26,165 bases of DNA from Macrostomum lignano (taxonomy: Eukaryota): assembly GCA_002269645.1 (NCBI GenBank), contig NIVC01004044.1:1-26165 (forward strand), written 5' to 3'. The position numbers were made by a program, and so were the translations under genes. This document shows positions 21,038 to 26,165 of the stretch, piece after piece. The notes beneath the pieces were generated by a model, which worked only from the letters and a program-made list of their open reading frames with translations, was not told the origin of the DNA and searched no databases. Position 1 is the stretch's first letter. Each line of letters opens with the position of its first letter.

Positions 21038-21625
21038 AGTTTGGATCTTGTGATAAAATTTAGATCTTGCGATAAAGTTTAGGTCTTGCAATAAAGTTTA
21101 GGTCTTGTGATGAATTCTAGGTCTTGTGAATTAACTTTAGGTATTGTGATAAAGTTTAGGTCTTGTGATGAATTCTAGGTCTTGTGAATGAACTTTAGGT
21201 CTTGTGATAAAGTTTTGGTCTTGTGATGAATTCTAGGTCTTGTGAATGAAGTTTAGGCCTTGTGAATAAAGTTTGGGTTTTATGATAAAGTTTAGGTCTT
21301 GCAATAAAGTTTAGGTCTTGTGGTGAATTCTAGGTCTTGTGAATGAACTTTAGGCCTTGTGAATGAAGCTTGGGTTTTATGATAAAGTTTAGGTCTTGCA
21401 ATAAAGTTTAGGTCTTGTGGTGAATTCTAGGTCTTGTGAATGAACTTTAGGCCTTGTGAATGAAGCTTGGGTTTTATGATAAAGTTTAGGTCTTGCAATA
21501 AAGTTTAGGCCTTTTTAATGAAGTTTCGTCTTGTGATGAAGTTTAGGTCTTGCAATAAAGTTTAGGTCTTGTAAACGAAGTTTAGGTCTTGTAAAATTTA
21601 GGTTTTGTGAATTTTAGGTCTCGTA
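21038..21625 (+). repeat. 19-20 bp minisatellite TTTAGGTCTTGTGATAAAG with a 97 bp five-monomer higher-order unit
   Basis: About 30 units. The block starting TTTAGGTCTTGCAATAAAG recurs at 21291, 21388 and 21485. Confidence 0.95.
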
Positions 21626-21754
21626 AAAGAATGTAAGAATGGCATTAACTACAGCTTCCTACATCAACCAATAATTTCTGATACAACAGGAAACAACATA
21701 ACACAAAACAAAAATCCATCGCATATTCATAATCGAACCGCACAAGCAAGAAGC

Positions 21755-22024
21755 ATGCTAGAAGAGACACCGGAAGATTTGGTCATAGTGAGCAGTGAGG
21801 AAGCTCAAGCTAGCGGCCAGACTGCTGCTTCCACTACTACAGGCTTTGCCACTCTGCTGGGCCCCGAGCTGCCGCCTCCTCCCACTGTCACTCTTGTGCA
21901 GCAGCAGCAACAACAGCAACAGCAACAGCAACAACAGAAGCAACAGCAACCAGAAACTCCGAAAGCAACAGCGTCTGTTTCTCCTCCGACTGTTGCCTCT
22001 GTAGCTTCTTCTTCTTCAAGTTCT

Positions 22025-22059
<35 letters not shown>

Positions 22060-22831
22060 GCAGCAACATCAGAGCAGTGGCTGGGGCAGCTGGCTGTCTG
22101 CATCAACCAGCGCTTTCGTCTCCAAAGCGATGGAGAAGACCAGAGGCGGCATGGAGTCTGTGATTGGCAGCTTGGACCCGGCGGGAATGCAGGCTCTGCT
22201 GCTGACCGGCGGCGACTGTCGAGTCGCTCTGGCTGTTGATAATAAAACAGACGAAGCGGCCGCTAGGCTAGCAATCCAGCGCAGTTTTGGTCGGGCTGTT
22301 GTTGGCGCCGTGACTGACGCGCCGACTGGTCTGGCGCCAACTCCGCTAGGGTTCAGCTCGCTCAGGTTGGCTTGTCAGCAGCGTCTGCGAGCTCTGGTTG
22401 AACGAGTTCGAGCCACGGCGGCTGCTAGCGAGTTTGAGTTGGAGGATTCCTCAGCTTGCAAGCTGCCCATGTCGGTGTCTATTTGCCGCGGAGTGGTCGA
22501 ACCGACCCCAGATCACTTCTGTCAGGTCTACTGCGTCTGTCTTGTTGAACCGACTGCGGTCGCTGAGACTGGTGATGATGCTGCTAATGATGCTGATGAG
22601 GAAACTTGCGCCTACTCGGCTACTTTGCCAGTTTCCCAGCGACAGCTCGAGGCTCTGAAGTCCGCTACACCGGATGATTACCCGTTGAAGTGGAGCGGAT
22701 TCGCTGTTGAATTGAAAAATCCCACAGCTACTGAGCAGGAGCAGCAACTGGTGAAGCAGACTCTGCAACAGGCGGTTGGGGCGGCCATTCACGCTTGGCA
22801 AACGAGAGGTTGCGATGAATTGGAAAAATAA
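21755..22831 (+). CDS. PRRC1: Diverged PRRC1 homologue (low-complexity polyQ/Ser N-terminus plus C-terminal YjjX/NTPase_I-T-like domain), single coding exon
   Basis: Motifs GWGSWL...SKAMEKTRGGMESVIGSLDPAGM...GG, AAARLAIQRSFGRAVV, LAPTPLGF and ATPDDYPLKWSGFAV match, in order, vertebrate PRRC1 as I recall it (LWGF...[22 protein letters not shown]...GG, AAVRDAFQEVFGLAVV, IAPQPVGY, LTPQDYNLRWSGLLV). The alignment is from memory, not a database search. Confidence 0.85.
21898..22068 (+). repeat. Two coding CAG/CAA trinucleotide tracts (polyQ) within PRRC1
   Basis: Direct reading at about 21898-21950 and 22025-22068. Confidence 0.9.
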
Positions 22832-23029
22832 ATATTTGAAAAAGAAAAACACGAGAAAACTACTCTTGTGATGCTGATAATGATGTTTTCTCCTGATCTT
22901 CTAAATAATTGCTGTTCATTCAATCGTTAAAAAATATGAACGGATTTGCTTGATATTTTTATGTCTAGTAGTTGGCAAATTTTTTTAATGTAAGGGCCAG
23001 ATTTACGAGTAGCGCATGGACTGCGGGCC

Positions 23030-24095
23030 AGAGAGAGAGAGGAGAGGAGATGAGAGGGGAGAGGAGGGGAAAGAGGAGAGGAAAGGGGAGGGAGGAGAGG
23101 GGAGGGAGGAGAGGGGAGGGAGGAGAGAGGAGATCGGAGAGAGGAAAGAGGAGAGAAAAGAGAGGAGAGAGGAGAGAGGAGAGAGAAGAGAGGAAAGAGG
23201 AGAGAGGAGAGAGGAGAAATGAGAGATGAGAGAGGAGAGAGGAGAGAGAAGAGAGGAAACAGGAGAGAGGAGAGAGGAGAGGGGAGGGAGGAGAGAGGAG
23301 AGAGGAAAGAGGAGAGAGGAGAGAGGAGAGGGGAGGGAGGAGATCGGAGAGAGGAAAGAGGAGAGAGGAGAGAGGAGAGATGAGAGAGGAGAGAGGAGAG
23401 AGAAGAGAGGAAAGAGGAGAGAGGAGAGAGGAGAGAGAAGAGAGGAAACAGGAGAGAGGAGAGAGGAGAGGGGAGGGAGGAGATCGGAGAGAGGAAAGAG
23501 GAGAGAGGAGAGAGGAGAGATGAGAGAGGAGAGAGGAGAGAGAAGAGAGGAAAGAGGAGAGAGGAGAGAGGAGAGGGGAGGGAGGAGATCGGAGAGAGGA
23601 AAGAGGAGAGAGGAGAGATGAGAGAGGAGAGAGGAGAGAGAAGAGAGGAAAGAGGAGAGAGGAGAGAGGAGAAATGAGAGATGAGAGAGGAGAGAGGAGA
23701 GAGAAGAGAGGAAACAGGAGAGAGGAGAGAGGAGAGGGGAGGGAGGAGAGAGGAGAGAGGCGAGAGGAGGGAGGAAAGGGGAGGGAGGAGAGAGGAGAGA
23801 GGAGAGGGGAGGGAGGAGAGGGGAGGGAGGAGAGGGGAGGGAGGAGAGCTGGGGAGGGAGGAGGGAGGAGAGGGGAGGGAGGAGAGAGGAGAGAGGAGAG
23901 GGGAGGGAGGAGAGGGGAGGGAGGAGGGAGGAGAGGGGAGGGAGGAGAGAGGAGAGAGGAGAGGGGAGGGAGGAGAGGGGAGGGAGGAGAGGGGAGGGAG
24001 GAGAGCTGGGGAGGGAGGAGGAAGGAGAGGGGAGGGAGGAGAGAGGAGAGAGGAGAGAGGAGGGAAAAGAGGGGAGGGAGAGGAGAAGAAAGAAA
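23030..24095 (+). repeat. Polypurine tract built from a 7 bp unit (GGAGAGA), with 14 bp GGGGAGGGAGGAGA units at both ends
   Basis: About two dozen pyrimidines in 1.07 kb. GATC markers at 23132, 23342, 23482 and 23587 are spaced by multiples of 35 bp. Confidence 0.97.
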
Positions 24096-25199
24096 CGATA
24101 GCTGAGAAGAGACACAAGCCTTAAGCGGGTCGGATGACTCAGATTGCTACTGAAAAGTTTCACGGAAGTTTGCCCCGGTCATTTGTGTTGATGATGACTA
24201 ATAATTAACTCTTTTTTATTAGAGACAGGGGCTGTGTACATCCTGGAGCACTTCAAGCGACATTGTCGCACAACCAGCGAGAGGCATTGCTGCCCATTCC
24301 GCCGACTCCCCTAAGCAGTCATACGCGCAGGCACACACTCACACAGGAGTGTACAGCGGCCCTAACTTTATTTATCGTTAGGCATGTACACTTCACTGCG
24401 CCTTGGGGGGTTGGCTCTCAAGGGCGTTAATTGCACGAGCAGAGCCAAGCCGAGATTCCAATTTATCCCGTAGTTAATGGTCGAGATAAAAATACACTCA
24501 ACAAAAAGAAACAGCATTTCATTAATTCGTTAGCTGAGTTTAGTAGCTGAGATATTCGAAATCAGATATGAACACTTCGTATTTCTAAGAAACATATTTA
24601 ATGGCTTTTCACTTCGAAATGATTGCCAATTTTTTGACATATTTTTGACATTAATTATGACAAAAAAATTGCAAAACTACTAAGTAATTAAAGTAATTTC
24701 ATTGGTTAAGGTTCGCTTAATATTTTTTTGTGTCTAAACATGTTTTTCTTGCTTTTTCTGTGGTATTCCAGACTCTCAAAATAGTAAAAATTTTCATCAG
24801 AGGCTGTCTCTCTCTGTTAATAAAATGCTAAAATTTCAACTACTCCAATGTAAAAATAATAAGTGTGAAATAAAGCATTGGTTATTCGTTGGATTTTGTG
24901 TGGATCATCTTTTCGATTTTAATTTGAACTCCAATTCTCAAAAGAGTATTTTGAAATAGGCTATTTTCCTATTTAGATTTTATTAGGTTATCATGCTAAA
25001 TAGCTTTTCCTCATCAAATCGAAATTGCATTTGCAGTTTTTGAGTGCTTGAGCGTCAGTTTTTGAATAGCGAAATTCAACTGACTCAGAGTGCGTGAATG
25101 CTGTGTGTGCATCCTGCTGAATGTGTTGCTTGCTTTTTAATGTTTTGTAGACTGGTTTCATAGTGAATTTGCTGAGGCCACAGCTACTATTGACTGTCA

Positions 25200-25200
25200 G

Positions 25201-25257
<57 letters not shown>

Positions 25258-25286
25258 GTCTGGCTGTCTCTCTGTCTGTCTGTCTC

Positions 25287-25333
<47 letters not shown>

Positions 25334-25340
25334 GCGTCTG

Positions 25341-25373
<33 letters not shown>

Positions 25374-25440
25374 GCGTCTGTGTCTGTCTGTCTGTCTGTG
25401 TCTGTGTCTGTCTGTCTGTCTGTCTGTCTGTCTGCGTCTG

Positions 25441-25473
<33 letters not shown>

Positions 25474-25538
25474 GCGTCTGTGTCTGTCTGTCTGTGTCTG
25501 TGTCTGTCTGTCTGTCTGTTTGTCTTTCTATCTGTCTT

Positions 25539-25569
<31 letters not shown>

Positions 25570-25593
25570 TTCTGTCTGTCTGTCTGTCTGTCT
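25200..25593 (+). repeat. (TCTG)n microsatellite, about 390 bp
   Basis: Direct reading. The variant TCTGCGTCTGTG recurs. It explains the ORFs at 25163-25771. Confidence 0.98.
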
Positions 25594-25899
25594 ATGTATT
25601 TGTCTCGTGTCCAAAGTTACCACTCTGTACCATTTTCTGCATGTACCCCTGAACATTAATTTTGCTCGGTGGTTGATATTATTGGAACTTGGATTTTGTC
25701 AAACATTTCGTCTTTACCAAATTTGTTTACCTTGTGTTTTTCGAAATCCTTCTCTCCTCTTCTCTCTTTAGATCCCACCACATTCACCTCGCATCTTGAC
25801 CGCACACCTGTTGGCGACCCATGCACCTGTTTCAGTCTGTTGTGTTCTGTCTTCAACCGGGGGGGTCATCTCGTCCTGCTTTAAAAACTTCATATGCAT

Positions 25900-25921
25900 A
25901 TATTTATATATATATATATAT
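25900..25921. repeat. Short (AT)n microsatellite
   Basis: Direct reading. Confidence 0.8.
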
Positions 25922-26165
25922 CTCCTTAACTGCTTCTAAACTGCAGTGGAGCCTGTAAAATCGCCTGGCCCTTTTATTTCGTCTCCCTCCCATGGGTCTA
26001 AGAAATGACTGAGTCTGTCCCCGGACTGCATGGCTGAAACTTCGCTTATTGAAGAGTGTAAGTGCTCGGCCATTACTCTGCGACTTGTTTCTCTCCTCAC
26101 CATCTCTCTTCTCTCTTGCTGGCTTTGTAAATTGCTGCTTCTAGGGGGTGGGGGGGGGAGGCAAG

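Noticed and set aside
21038-21625. TTTAGG motifs as interstitial telomeric repeat
   Set aside because: They are only a 6 bp part of a 19 bp unit and there are no tandem TTAGGG hexamers.
21758-22852. Alternative-frame and antisense ORFs over PRRC1
   Set aside because: They are shadows of the CAG-rich coding sequence.
22927-24163. ORFs of 386-396 aa (SSLLSPL) and Arg/Glu/Gly-rich ORFs
   Set aside because: They are translations of the (GGAGAGA)n tract, which lacks stop codons.
24221-24232. Isolated AGAGACAGGGGC matching the 20 bp array monomer
   Set aside because: A single 12 bp match is plausible by chance given the many repeat-derived k-mers being compared.
25744-25880. Polypyrimidine tract plus AG at 25770 as an exon start
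   Set aside because: No recognisable peptide in any frame and no convincing downstream donor.

Overview
Eukaryotic (animal) genomic DNA with two convincing protein-coding genes arranged head-to-head in a background of about 14 unrelated tandem-repeat arrays. (1) A minus-strand, three-coding-exon, non-clustered protocadherin (15286-12715, 12637-12570, 11990-11394; 1078 aa): signal peptide, 7 cadherin repeats, TM helix and an intron-split cytoplasmic tail carrying a WIRS-like motif and a C-terminal PDZ-type motif. (2) A plus-strand, intronless, strongly diverged PRRC1 homologue (21755-22831; 358 aa). Almost all other ORFs in the supplied track are artefacts of micro/minisatellites or antisense frames. 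Structural highlights: a 2.9 kb foldback-like arrangement of two inverted minisatellite arrays whose inner and outer terminal variants mirror each other (1879-4755); a 172 bp fully palindromic MITE-like element with an 8 bp target-site duplication in protocadherin intron 2; several arrays with clear higher-order repeats; and a 1.07 kb almost pyrimidine-free heptamer purine tract. The repeat landscape and gene style suggest an invertebrate such as a Macrostomum-like flatworm, but that is inference only. There is no prokaryotic system, CRISPR array, rRNA or tRNA that I can support, and no autonomous transposon ORF.
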